Assembly: GCA_965224245.1 (NCBI GenBank)
Contig: OZ245046.1
Coordinates: 3,840,001 to 3,904,000, forward strand
Direction: 5' to 3'
DNA: 64,000 bases
Source of the DNA: Candidatus Eiseniibacteriota bacterium
Lineage (GTDB): Bacteria; Eisenbacteria; RBG-16-71-46; CAZAMP01
Below the pieces are notes generated by a model. It was not told where the DNA came from and searched no databases. It was given only the letters and a program-made list of their open reading frames with translations. Made by a program: the position numbers and the translations under genes. Shown here piece by piece: positions 40,758 to 50,918 of the stretch (position 1 is the first letter of the stretch; every line of letters begins with the position of its first letter).

Positions 40758-42281
40758 TCACTCGCGCCGTCGCGCGACGAGCCACACCTCGCGCGCCGCG
40801 GCCACCGGCATCGCATGCAACGCGGCGTGACAGCGCCAGCACACCGTGGCCAGGTTCTCCATCGTGTTCCGACCCCCGAGCTCCACGGGCAGCCGATGGT
40901 GCACCGCGAGGTGATGCCGGCTGTTGCACCCGGGTGCACGGCATCGGTTCTCGTCGCGGGCGAGCACCCGGCGCCGCAGGCTCGGGGCGATGCTGGCGCG
41001 CCGCCGGCCCCGGGCGTCGACGACATCGGCATCGGCGAGAATGGCCCGGCGCATGACATCGTTGAGCGGACGATCGCCGACGCGCGCCCGTCGACAGGTC
41101 GGACAGTCCTGGACGACGACCTGGTAGCACGACCGCGGTCCCGCCTCTGCCACCATCGCCGACGACGAGGAAGACGTCGCCGACGACGGGGATGCCGGAG
41201 ACGCAGGACGCACGCGGGATGAGGAAGCCGACGGGGATGAGGAAGACTGCGCCGACGTCGACCGTGCCGGCACTCCCGCCGCCGTCGACCGAGCCGCCGA
41301 CCCCGACGACAGGGCGTTCGCGAGCATCGCCATCGCTGCGACGACGAACTCCGCCTTCGAGCCCCGGAACCCGTGCTTCTGCGCATGCTCCCACGCGGCC
41401 TCGGCGTGCGCGTAGGAGAGGGTATCGAGACGCACGCGCAGCTCGAGGGTCACCTAGAGCGTCGCGGGGGCATCGCCGACCCCAGCGACCGAGTCGATCC
41501 CCGCGACCGAATCGACGCCCGCGACCGAGTCGGCCACGGCAGGGGAGTCGGCCACCACGATGGAGTCGGTCCCCGCGGCGGAGTCGACCGCTGCGGCTGA
41601 GTCGGCCACCGCGTCCGCGCCGGGGCCGGTCTCGGCACCGGTGATGCGGTGCACGCCGGCGAGATCGGTCACGGTTGCCGCGTCGGCTGCCCGTGCGACG
41701 TCGGCCGCGCCGATGGTCGGCCCCGCCGCCGCGTCCCCTCGTGACGGTCGCCTCGGCGTCGGATCGGCCCGGATCGTCTCCTGCGTCCCGCGACCGACCG
41801 CACGCCGCGCCGCCCCCCGGGCGTCCGCGATTCGCTGCTCCAGCTCCCGACGCGACAGACGCGACGCAAGGGCGATCCACGCGTCCGCGGACGAGGCGGA
41901 CAGGATCGGCGCGATCGCGCGCGCCTTCGTCCAGGTCAGCCGGCCCGATGCCATCGCGTCACGAAGCGCCGGGAACTCCCGCATCCGCTCGGACAGCCCC
42001 CGCAGCTGATGACACCGCGACGCCGACATCTCCAAGCGCTCCATCGCGTACGCCAGCATCGAGGTGAACCCGAGCACGCGATAGTGGTGCTCGGCGTCGA
42101 TCTCGGCGAACGACAGCGCGACCGCGACGCTCGCGCGCCCCTCCAGACGTCGCACGCGCTCCAGCCGCCGGCAGGCGTGACGGGAACGCGCCTCGCGCCG
42201 AGCGTCCGTGCCCTGACGACGGGAGCGAGCGTCGCTCTGAACGTCCGTCCCCTGGAGACGGCTCGTGTTCGTGCTGGACAT
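40758..42281 (-). pseudogene. DUF222-like/HNH endonuclease interrupted by an in-frame TAG at 41454-41456
   Basis: N-part LGFTSMLAYAMERL...GRLTWTKARAI. C-part CPTC, RRRVLARDENRCRAPGC..HHLAVHH..GGRNTMENLATVCWRCH. Both parts are in the same frame. Confidence 0.8.
41482..41620 (-). repeat. Degenerate 18-bp coding repeats (DSVAGV/DSVAGI/DSAAAV) in the HNH linker
   Basis: Repeated GCGACCGAGTCGA-like units on the plus strand. Confidence 0.7.
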
Positions 42282-43156
42282 GCTCACGACACGCGATGGC
42301 TCGGACCCGGATACCCGCATGATGCACCCCTCATTCGACGGTGTTGATCATCAGAGAGCCGGCGATCCGAACGCACGGCGCCGCGTCATCAATCGGCGCC
42401 GACGGAGATCGACCGGCGAACGCCATCGCCCGGAGCACGCGCGGCGAAGGAACCGGGGCAACTGCTCGATCCAACGGGGGGGAGAGGTCCGTCGACCTGG
42501 GGCTGATCGACGTGAGAAGACTACCGGAACCGCCGGGCAGAATCAAGCATAAAGTAAACCGCAACAACATGTTAACAAGATCGAGGCGCAACGCCAAGGC
42601 CGCTCCAGAGGCGTTCGAAGGCCCGTCGCTGATGTCTCGAGGCACGACCCCCGCGCTCACCCTCGATCGCGCCCCGCGTGCCGCAACACCCGGGTACCGT
42701 CACCCGCTCCGACTTCCGGCGGCGCTGTCAGCACGGAGGCACCGACACGCGAAAGCTCGGAACCGTCGGCACGCAGACGAGGAGCCAGCATCGCCCGGGG
42801 TGCACATCGTCGAGATCCGGGTCGACACGGGGGCGCTGCGAGACGTGCGGCTGATCATCGTCGAGTCAGAAGAGATCGAGCGACGCTGGCGGGTGCGACG
42901 TCGCCGTAGTGGTCATCGCGCGCCGCCGGAGCCGGGTGATCGGTGAGCGGACAGGGAGGGCGAGCGAGGCCGCTGGCATGGGCTCCGCCGCTGAGCCGGG
43001 CGCTCGACTGGGCCGAGCACTCACCTTGGCGCAACCCTTTCCGCCGAGCACCGTCATTGCGTATGGTTCTCTGCTCGTTCGCGCCCTCCAGGAGACGGCG
43101 CACGGTCCCCGGCGATCCCCCGCGCCGGCTCAACCCGAACTCCGAGGTTGCTCCCG

Positions 43157-46100
43157 ATGGCCACTGCGATCCTCGCCCGGGCGGCCCTGCCGCTCGCCTT
43201 CCTCTCGTCGGCCGCCTTCGCCGGCACGGCCGGCGCCGCGGACACCGTGCCTCACGGCGCGATGCTCCGGTATCCCGACGTCAGCTCGACCGAGATCGTC
43301 TTCGTGTACTCGAACGACATCTGGCTCGTGCCCCGGGAAGGGGGAAGCGCCCGACCTCTCGCCTCGCCCCCCGGAACCGAACGGCATCCGAAGTTCGACC
43401 CGGCCGGCCGCACGATCGCGTTCGTCGGCAACTACGACGGCGACACCGATCTGTATACGATCCCGGCGGTCGGAGGCGTGCCCACGCGGATCACGCACCA
43501 TCCCACGAACGAGAGCCTCTGCGACTGGATCGGCGACGACGAGATCCTGATGTCGGCCTGGGGCATGACGACGAACCCACGCACCAGCGGGCTGCTCCGC
43601 GTCGCGGCCAACGGTGGCCTGCCGACGCCGCTCCCGGTGCCCTACGGCGCCGCCGGCGCGATCAGCGACGACGGGCGCTGGCTGGCCTACACGCCCCACA
43701 ATCGCGACTACGCCACCTGGAAGCGCTATCGCGGTGGGGACGCCAGCGACGTCTGGCTGTTCGACCTGACGACCCTCGAATCCAGGCAAGTCACCGACTG
43801 GGAGGGCACCGACACGCGCCCGATGTGGCACGACCGACAGGTCTACTACCTCAGCGACGCCGGCCCGCGTCACCGGCTGAACATCTGGGTCTACGACACC
43901 GAGACCCACGAGCGCCGTCAGGTCACGACGCACGGCGACTACGACGTGAAGTGGCCGTCCATCGGGCCCGGTCCTTCCGGCGGGGGCGAGATCGTCTACC
44001 AGCTGGGCTCGCGCCTGCGTCTCCTCGACCTCGGGACCGGGAAGAGCCGCGAGGTCGACATCCGCGTGCCCGGCGCGCGGCCGGCGCTCCGCCAGCAGCA
44101 GGAGCTCGTGGGCCCGATGATCCGGAACCGCTCCGTCTCCCCCACCGGCAAGCGCGTGGTCGTCGAGGCACGCGGTGACGTCTGGACCCTGCCCGCGGGC
44201 GACGGTACGCCGATCAACCTGACCCGGACCAGCGGCGTCGCCGAGCGCGATCCGGCCTGGAGTCCCGACGGTCGCTGGATCGCGTTCTTCTCCGACGCCA
44301 GCGGCGAGTACGAGCTCACGCTGATGCAGTCCGACGGCCGGACCGAGCCCGAGCAGAAGACCGACCTCGCAGGCGGCTTCTACTACCGCATCCACTGGTC
44401 GCCCGACTCCGAACGCATCGCGTTCTGGGATCAGCTCGGACGCGTGCTCGTGTACGACTTCGAGACCGATCGGGTCACCGAGGTCGATCGCGTCCCCGGC
44501 GGCTTCCCCCAGCGTGTCAGCTGGTCGAGCGACTCGCGATGGCTCGCCTACAGGAAGTCCGCGTACGAGAACACGCCGCCGGCCATCTGGGTCTACGACG
44601 CGGACGAGGACGCGCGGCACCAGCTCACCGAGGGCATGTTCGCCGACACGTGGCCGACCTTCGACCGCGAGGGCAAGTACATGTACTTCGCCAGCCAGCG
44701 CGAGATCTCCTCCCCGCGCTACGCCGACTACGGCACGACGTGGATCTACACCCGGACCGACCGCCTGTACGTGGTCCCGCTCCAGGCCGATACGCCCTCA
44801 CCGTTCCTGGCCGAGAACGACGAGGAGAGCTGGGACGACGAGAGCGCAACCGACGACGAGGGTACAGAGAGTGACGAGGGCGATGATGAGGAGACCGAGG
44901 ATGAGGAGACGGAGGATGAGGACGCCGAGGATGACGGCGACGAGGACGACGACCCCGAGCCGGTGATCATCGACATCGACGGCTTCGAGCGACGTGTGAT
45001 CCAGATCCCCGTGGACCGCGGCGCGTTCTGGAACCTCGCGGTCAACGACGGGGGCCAGCTTCTCTACACGCGGGCGCCGGTGCCCGGATCCGGCGGGTCG
45101 GGGACGATCCACCTGATCGACGTGGAGGACGGTGACCCGGACGACCTCGAGAAGTCGGTGTACGACGGTGCCGGGGCGTTCGAGATCTCGAACGACGGCG
45201 CGAAGATCCTCGTGGTGGACGGATCGCGCATGGCCGTGCTCTCGGCGGCCGAGGGCCAGAGCTTCGAGGACCCGATCGCGACCGACAACCTCCGCGTGAC
45301 CCTCGATCCGCGCGCCGAGTGGAACCAGATGTTCGTGGACGCGTGGCGCCTGTACCGGGACTTCTTCTACGACCCGAACCTGCACGGCGTGGACTGGCCG
45401 GCGGTGCGGCGCCAGTACGGCGCGATGCTCGCCGATTGCGTCTCGCGCGAGGACGTCTCGTACGTGCTGGCGGAGATGATCTCCGAGCTGAACGTCGGAC
45501 ACGCGTACCTCTGGAGCGGCGGCGACGTCGAGTCGCCGCCGTACGTGAGCGTCGGGATGCTCGGATGCGACTTCGCGATCGACTCCGGCGCCTACCGGAT
45601 CTCGCGGATCTACTCCGGCGCGGCGTGGGACACCGACGCCCGGGGGCCGCTCGGGCAGCCGGGCGTCGACGTGCGCGAGGGGGACTACCTCCTGGCCGTC
45701 AACGGCGTGCCGCTGGACGTCTCGAAGGATCCCTGGGCGGCGTTCATCGGCCTCGCCGACCGGACGATCACGCTCACCGTCAGCGAGGAGCCCGAGATGA
45801 GCGACGCCGCGCGCGACGTCGTCGTCGAGGCCGGATCCAGCGAGTTCTACCTTCGCCACCGTCACTGGGTCGAGGCCAAGCGCCAGTACGTCGCCGAGCG
45901 CACCGACGGTCGCGTCGGGTACATCTACGTGCCCAACACGGGGATCGACGGGCAGGACGAGCTGAACCGTCAGTTCGTGGGACAGCTCCATCGCGACGCG
46001 CTGATCATCGACGAGCGCTGGAACGGCGGCGGTCAGGTTCCGACGCGATTCATCGAGCTGCTGAACCGTCCGGTCGTGAACTACTGGGCCCGTCGCTACA

Positions 46101-46540
46101 CGGAGACCGACGCGCCCTGGCCACCGGATTCCCATCAAGGTCCCAAGTGCATGCTGATCAACGGCTCGGCCGGATCGGGGGGCGACTACTTCCCGTACCT
46201 CTTCCGCAAGGCGGGTCTGGGCAAGATCATCGGCATGCGGACCTGGGGCGGACTCGTCGGCATCAGCGGAAACCCCGAGCTGATCGACGGCGGCTACCTG
46301 ACGATCCCCAACTTCGCGTTCTACGAGACCGACGGGACGTGGGGCATCGAGGGCCACGGGGTCGAGCCCGACATCGAGGTCGTGGACGACCCGGCCCTGA
46401 TGGTGGACGGCGGCGATCCGCAGCTCGACCGGGCGATCGACGTCATGCTCGACGAGCTCGAGACGAACCCTTACCGGTGGCCGGGACGACCCGCGTATCC
46501 CAACCGAAGCGGGATGGGTCTGGCGGAAGCCGACCGGTAG
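43157..46540 (+). CDS. Tricorn protease homolog (S41B)
   Basis: MLRYPDVS, WKRYRGG, PD40 propeller repeats, ELNVGHAY, PDZ, IIDERWNGGG, AGSGGD, RTWGGLVG and EGHGVEPDIEV motifs. Confidence 0.95.
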   Translation: MATAILARAALPLAFLSSAAFAGTAGAADTVPHGAMLRYPDVSSTEIVFVYSNDIWLVPREGGSARPLASPPGTERHPKFDPAGRTIAFVGNYDGDTDLYTIPAVGGVPTRITHHPTNESLCDWIGDDEILMSAWGMTTNPRTSGLLRVAANGGLPTPLPVPYGAAGAISDDGRWLAYTPHNRDYATWKRYRGGDASDVWLFDLTTLESRQVTDWEGTDTRPMWHDRQVYYLSDAGPRHRLNIWVYDTETHERRQVTTHGDYDVKWPSIGPGPSGGGEIVYQLGSRLRLLDLGTGKSREVDIRVPGARPALRQQQELVGPMIRNRSVSPTGKRVVVEARGDVWTLPAGDGTPINLTRTSGVAERDPAWSPDGRWIAFFSDASGEYELTLMQSDGRTEPEQKTDLAGGFYYRIHWSPDSERIAFWDQLGRVLVYDFETDRVTEVDRVPGGFPQRVSWSSDSRWLAYRKSAYENTPPAIWVYDADEDARHQLTEGMFADTWPTFDREGKYMYFASQREISSPRYADYGTTWIYTRTDRLYVVPLQADTPSPFLAENDEESWDDESATDDEGTESDEGDDEETEDEETEDEDAEDDGDEDDDPEPVIIDIDGFERRVIQIPVDRGAFWNLAVNDGGQLLYTRAPVPGSGGSGTIHLIDVEDGDPDDLEKSVYDGAGAFEISNDGAKILVVDGSRMAVLSAAEGQSFEDPIATDNLRVTLDPRAEWNQMFVDAWRLYRDFFYDPNLHGVDWPAVRRQYGAMLADCVSREDVSYVLAEMISELNVGHAYLWSGGDVESPPYVSVGMLGCDFAIDSGAYRISRIYSGAAWDTDARGPLGQPGVDVREGDYLLAVNGVPLDVSKDPWAAFIGLADRTITLTVSEEPEMSDAARDVVVEAGSSEFYLRHRHWVEAKRQYVAERTDGRVGYIYVPNTGIDGQDELNRQFVGQLHRDALIIDERWNGGGQVPTRFIELLNRPVVNYWARRYTETDAPWPPDSHQGPKCMLINGSAGSGGDYFPYLFRKAGLGKIIGMRTWGGLVGISGNPELIDGGYLTIPNFAFYETDGTWGIEGHGVEPDIEVVDDPALMVDGGDPQLDRAIDVMLDELETNPYRWPGRPAYPNRSGMGLAEADR

Positions 46541-46564
46541 TGGACGCGGTCGCGCGCGAGGATG

Positions 46565-47179
46565 TCAGGGTGCCACGCGGCAGCGGCTCCACTCGCCGTC
46601 GATCGTCTTCTCGTACAGGAACCGATCGTGGAGTCCGCGCACGCGTTCGATCCAGAACTCGACACGATCGGGCACGACGCGGTACGCCCGGCAGGTCGGC
46701 GGACGCGGAATCGACGACGAGTCCTCGAACCGGGACTCGACGCCGGCCATCTCGGTCTCGAGCTGCTCGCGATCGGATACGACCTGGCTCTGGGGATGCA
46801 CCCAGGCCGCGAGCTGCGCGCGACGGGCGCGCGCCTCGAAGATCGCATCCGCGATGCCCTCGCTGGCCACGACGGACTCGCCGGTGGCGCGGATCTGCAG
46901 GTTCAGATCCGCGCCCCAGTAGACCGTCAGGGCTACCCTCGGGTTGGCCGTCATCGACGCGACCTTCGGCGAGCGGGTGTCGGTCAGGAACACGAAGCCG
47001 CCCTCGCTCGCCTCGTCGACCATCACGAAGCGTGCCTCGGGCTGCCCGTCGGGCGACGTCGTCGAGAGACACATCGCGTTCGGACGCAGGATGTCCTCGC
47101 ACGCCTTGGCGCGCTCGAACCAGTCCTTGACCAGCTCGAACGGGCTGGCGGGGAGATCGGCCTGCCGGCTCGGCTTCAT
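46565..47179 (-). CDS. pdxH: Pyridoxamine 5'-phosphate oxidase family protein
   Basis: PNAMCLST..GQPEAR, SPK, QSQVV, PRPP and VEFW..LHDRFLY motifs. Confidence 0.85.
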   Translation of the reverse strand: MKPSRQADLPASPFELVKDWFERAKACEDILRPNAMCLSTTSPDGQPEARFVMVDEASEGGFVFLTDTRSPKVASMTANPRVALTVYWGADLNLQIRATGESVVASEGIADAIFEARARRAQLAAWVHPQSQVVSDREQLETEMAGVESRFEDSSSIPRPPTCRAYRVVPDRVEFWIERVRGLHDRFLYEKTIDGEWSRCRVAP

Positions 47180-48198
47180 CGGCTCGCTCCGGGTGTCGGC
47201 GCCGCGAGGTGGGCCAAGAAGGCATCGGGCTCGTCGACGTGCAGCGCGACGTGCCGCCCCCGACGCGTGATCCCGAACAGCCCGCGGGCCTCGACCGGAC
47301 GGCGCGCCGTCATCCACACGTTCGGGCCGCCGACGGGGACGATCTCGACGGTGTCGCCGTCCGCGCCGTCGGGCTGATGGCGTCCCACGGCCACGAGATC
47401 CTCGCGCGCGATGCGGGCCCGCCATCGGAGGCCCAGACGCACGTGCACGTGCGCGTCGTCCACGATCGTGGGCTCCACGCGCATCGCGTGAAAGTCCCCG
47501 GCGAGCCAGAGCACCCCGTAGACACCGAGACCGGTCACGATCCAAGCCGCCACGACGTCCGCCCGCATGACCAGGAGGTGCGCCACGACCAGCTCCACCG
47601 GCACGAGGAACGCACAGACGATCAGGAGCTCCCGATATCCGCTCGCCCGGTGCGCGGTGAAGACGCGCTCGCGGTCGGTGCTCGGACGTCCGCGCCGGAA
47701 CCAGCCGGCCAGTCCCAGCGTGAGGAGCGTGATCTCGGCGCTCACGATCGCGGCCAGCGACGGCGGAAGACGCTCCGAGAGCGCCAGGCGCAGCGCATCG
47801 CTCCCGTACGTCTCGACCCGACGATGACGCCGGTGGGCGGCGACGATCGCGCGCAGCCGCAGGACCAGCGCCACCAGGAGGATGACCTCCAGGAGCGGCA
47901 GCACGAGCTCGAGCACCGCGAGCGCCCCCTGTCGATCCGACGGCAGGAGCCACTCGGCGATCAGGATGCCCGCGATGCCGGCCGGCACGACGACGAGCCC
48001 CGGCGCGCGCTTCGAGCGAACGAGCAGCACGTACGCGAGCAGCGGAAGCCCGAGCGCGAGGTCGACGGCCACGGCCACGGGCAGCCAGGGGTTCCCGGCT
48101 CGAAACGCCGCGCTCGAGACCACGAGGAACTCGACGGCCAGCACCGACAGCGCCAGTGCCAGGAACACCAGGAATGGACGACGTGAGGCGATGGTCAC
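47176..48198 (-). CDS. Hypothetical integral membrane protein
   Basis: About 6-7 TM segments plus a small soluble C-terminal domain. ATGA overlap with pdxH. Confidence 0.75.
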   Translation of the reverse strand: MTIASRRPFLVFLALALSVLAVEFLVVSSAAFRAGNPWLPVAVAVDLALGLPLLAYVLLVRSKRAPGLVVVPAGIAGILIAEWLLPSDRQGALAVLELVLPLLEVILLVALVLRLRAIVAAHRRHRRVETYGSDALRLALSERLPPSLAAIVSAEITLLTLGLAGWFRRGRPSTDRERVFTAHRASGYRELLIVCAFLVPVELVVAHLLVMRADVVAAWIVTGLGVYGVLWLAGDFHAMRVEPTIVDDAHVHVRLGLRWRARIAREDLVAVGRHQPDGADGDTVEIVPVGGPNVWMTARRPVEARGLFGITRRGRHVALHVDEPDAFLAHLAAPTPGASR

Positions 48199-48316
48199 GC
48201 TCGAGGCTCCCCTCGATGAACGGGGCGCTCCCCGCGGGTGTGGGCCGGACCGCGGCGAAGCTTAACGCACCGGCCCGACTTTGCACCACACGCCAGGGGT
48301 GGAAACCTCACGCCGG

Positions 48317-48820
48317 TCATTCCGTAGACGTCGCGGTGGACAGCTCGGCAATCGACACCGGCGAGACCGACCGATCGTCGCCGGTCAGAATGCGGCGATG
48401 ATAGTCGACCTGCCCCACGTGAAAGGTCAGGTGCGTCGCCAGGTGCAGGAGGAAGTCACCGGTCTGGATACGGTGTTCACCGATCTCGAGCGGATACGGG
48501 GCGTCCAGGGACGCCGGGGGCAGGCTCCCGAGGACGGCTCGGACCGTGTCTCGAGTCCCACGAACGTCCGCGCAGAGCTGGTCCCGGGGCACGTCCCGGG
48601 TGGAGAACTCGGCGTCGCGCCGGCGCTGGAAGCCCGTCCCCCCGAGCACGGCGCCGACGAAGTGCTGGAGGTTGCCGCACAGATGCAGCGCGAGGGTGCC
48701 CGCGGAGTTCCGAACCCCGGGCACGAGCCGCCAGATCGATGCGTCGTCGGGATAGACCTCGAGCTCGCGTTCGAGGGTCGAGAGATCGCGCGTGAGGATC
48801 GCGCTCAGCTCGTTCAGCAT
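48317..48820 (-). CDS. DinB/DUF1572-family protein
   Basis: NSAGTLALHLCGNLQHF, RDAEF and HLTFHVGQVDYHRR motifs. GGAGG RBS. Confidence 0.88.
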   Translation of the reverse strand: MLNELSAILTRDLSTLERELEVYPDDASIWRLVPGVRNSAGTLALHLCGNLQHFVGAVLGGTGFQRRRDAEFSTRDVPRDQLCADVRGTRDTVRAVLGSLPPASLDAPYPLEIGEHRIQTGDFLLHLATHLTFHVGQVDYHRRILTGDDRSVSPVSIAELSTATSTE

Positions 48821-48945
48821 GGCAACGTAGCCTCCTCGTCGGTTCGAGCGGTTGCGAGTCGGTTCGCGGTCGTCCCGATGGTACGCGGTGGCCCCATCAC
48901 CCCCAAGCCGCGCATCCGTCGGACGCGCGAGACAGCGAGGATCCC

Positions 48946-50307
48946 ATGACGCGCCTCGTCCAACGTCACGCCCTGCTCGGAGCCGTCCTCGCCGTGACGT
49001 CGATCGGCATCGCGGCGCGCTCCGGAGCCGATACGGAGATGCACGGGGACCTCCCCCGCCGCGCCTTCCTGGGGATCCGGTACGAGCCCGGCGACGGCGG
49101 CATCGCGATCGCCGACACGCTGTCCGGCGGCTCCGCACGCGCGCTCGACCTGCGCGCCGGCGACGTCGTCACCCACGTCGGCGGCGTCCCGACTCCGGAC
49201 GTGGGCGCGTTCGGCGCCGCGGTATCCGGACGCCACGAGGGCGAGGGGATCACGTTGACGGTGAGCCGCGACGGCGTGACGCGGGAACGCCGCGGGGCGC
49301 TGGCGGGCATGCCGCTCGAGCCGTCGGGTGAGCACCGGCTCGTGTACGACGTCGTCGAGTCCGGCGATGCGCGCCTGCGGTCGATGCTGACGATTCCAGC
49401 CGGCGAGGGCCCCTTCCCCGCGATCCTGTACATCCAGGGGCTCCAGTGCTCGTCGGTCGAGCAGCCGATCGGCCCGCCCGGGCTCACCCGGACGTTCGTG
49501 GACGCGCTGGCCGACGCCGGCTTCGTCGTCATGCGATGCGAGAAGAGCGGCCTCGGCGACAGCACCGGCGAGCCCTGCTCGGAGATCGACCTCTCGCACG
49601 AGGCGCGTGACTTTCGTGCCGCGCTGGAGAAGCTGCACACCTACGACGTGGTTCGTGACGACGCGGTGTTCCTCTTCGGGCACAGCATGGGAGGCGTGAT
49701 CGCACCCCTCATCGCCACGGACGACCTCGTGCGGGGCGTGGCCGTCTTCGGCACCGTCGCCCGCCCGTGGGCCGAGTACCTGATCGAGAACCGCCGCCGC
49801 CAGGCGCGCCACGAGCCCGACGTCGACCACGTCGCGCTCGAGGACGAGCTCCGGCGGACCGCGCGCCTCCATCACCACCTGTTCGTCGAGGGGCTCGGCA
49901 TCGCCGACATCGTCGCCCTGCATCCCGATCTGGCCGATGTGGCGACCGAGTCGTTCCCGGACGGCGTGCACCAGTACACGCGCCACGTGGACTTCTTCCG
50001 GGAGCTCGCGGCGACCTCGCTGAGCGCCGCGTGGTCGCGCGTGACGGCTTCCGCGCTCGCGATCCACGGGGAGTTCGACTGGGTGACGTCCTGGGACGAG
50101 CACGTGCTGATCGCCGAGATCGTGAACCGATACCACCCCGGGAACGGCGAGGCGATCTCGATCCCCCACATGTTTCACGGGTTCAATCTCCACGACTCCC
50201 TGCAGAGCAGCATCGCGTCCCCCTGGACGGGGCCGTTCGGATCGGCGATCGTCACCGAGACCGCGGCCTGGATCGAGCGACAGCTCTCGCCCGGAGACGA
50301 CCTGTGA
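48946..50307 (+). CDS. Secreted PDZ plus alpha/beta hydrolase
   Basis: N-terminal PDZ (FLGI, LRAGDVV). GHSMGG nucleophile, HGEFDW and MFHGF. Confidence 0.88.
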   Translation: MTRLVQRHALLGAVLAVTSIGIAARSGADTEMHGDLPRRAFLGIRYEPGDGGIAIADTLSGGSARALDLRAGDVVTHVGGVPTPDVGAFGAAVSGRHEGEGITLTVSRDGVTRERRGALAGMPLEPSGEHRLVYDVVESGDARLRSMLTIPAGEGPFPAILYIQGLQCSSVEQPIGPPGLTRTFVDALADAGFVVMRCEKSGLGDSTGEPCSEIDLSHEARDFRAALEKLHTYDVVRDDAVFLFGHSMGGVIAPLIATDDLVRGVAVFGTVARPWAEYLIENRRRQARHEPDVDHVALEDELRRTARLHHHLFVEGLGIADIVALHPDLADVATESFPDGVHQYTRHVDFFRELAATSLSAAWSRVTASALAIHGEFDWVTSWDEHVLIAEIVNRYHPGNGEAISIPHMFHGFNLHDSLQSSIASPWTGPFGSAIVTETAAWIERQLSPGDDL

Positions 50308-50918
50308 GTGACGAACGCGTCATCCGACACGGCGACGGCACCTCTCGCTGCTGGTGGTGCGGGACCGACGCCGAGTACGTCCGCTACCACGACGAGGAGT
50401 GGGGCCGTCCGGTCACCGAGGATCACCGGCTCTACGAGAAGATCTGCCTGGAGGGATTCCAGTCCGGGCTCAGCTGGCTGACGATCCTGCGCAAGCGCCC
50501 GGCGTTCCGGCGGGCGTTTCGCGACTTCGACGTCGAGTCGGTGGCGCGGTTCGACGCGCGCAGCGTCGAGCGACTTCTCGGCGACGCCGGCATCGTCCGG
50601 CACCGCGGCAAGATCGAGTCCACGATCAACAACGCAAAGCGCGCCCGGGAGCTCCGGCGCGAGTTCGGCTCGCTGGCCCGGTACTTCTGGCAGTACGCGT
50701 CGTTCGACCCGTTCGCGGGCGTGGTTCCCACGACGCCCGCCTCCACGGCCATGAGCAAGGATCTCAAACGACGGGGCTGGACGTTCGTGGGGCCGACGAC
50801 CGCGTTCGCGTTCATGCAGTCCGTGGGGCTCGTGAACGATCACCTTCCCGATTGCGCGATGCGCGAGCCGGTCGAGCGCGAGCGGCGCAAGGTGTCACGC
50901 GCGATGAAGCGTCACTAG
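50304..50918 (+). CDS. tag: DNA-3-methyladenine glycosylase I
   Basis: RCWW, YHDEEWG, LEGFQSGLSWLTILRKR, FVGPTT and NDHLPDC motifs. Confidence 0.95.
   Translation: MSDERVIRHGDGTSRCWWCGTDAEYVRYHDEEWGRPVTEDHRLYEKICLEGFQSGLSWLTILRKRPAFRRAFRDFDVESVARFDARSVERLLGDAGIVRHRGKIESTINNAKRARELRREFGSLARYFWQYASFDPFAGVVPTTPASTAMSKDLKRRGWTFVGPTTAFAFMQSVGLVNDHLPDCAMREPVERERRKVSRAMKRH

Noticed and set aside
41454-41456. Pyrrolysine or alternative genetic code
   Set aside because: TAG is the normal stop for many intact genes here (hsp20, ltaE, addA, ppk2), and no pyl genes are in the window.
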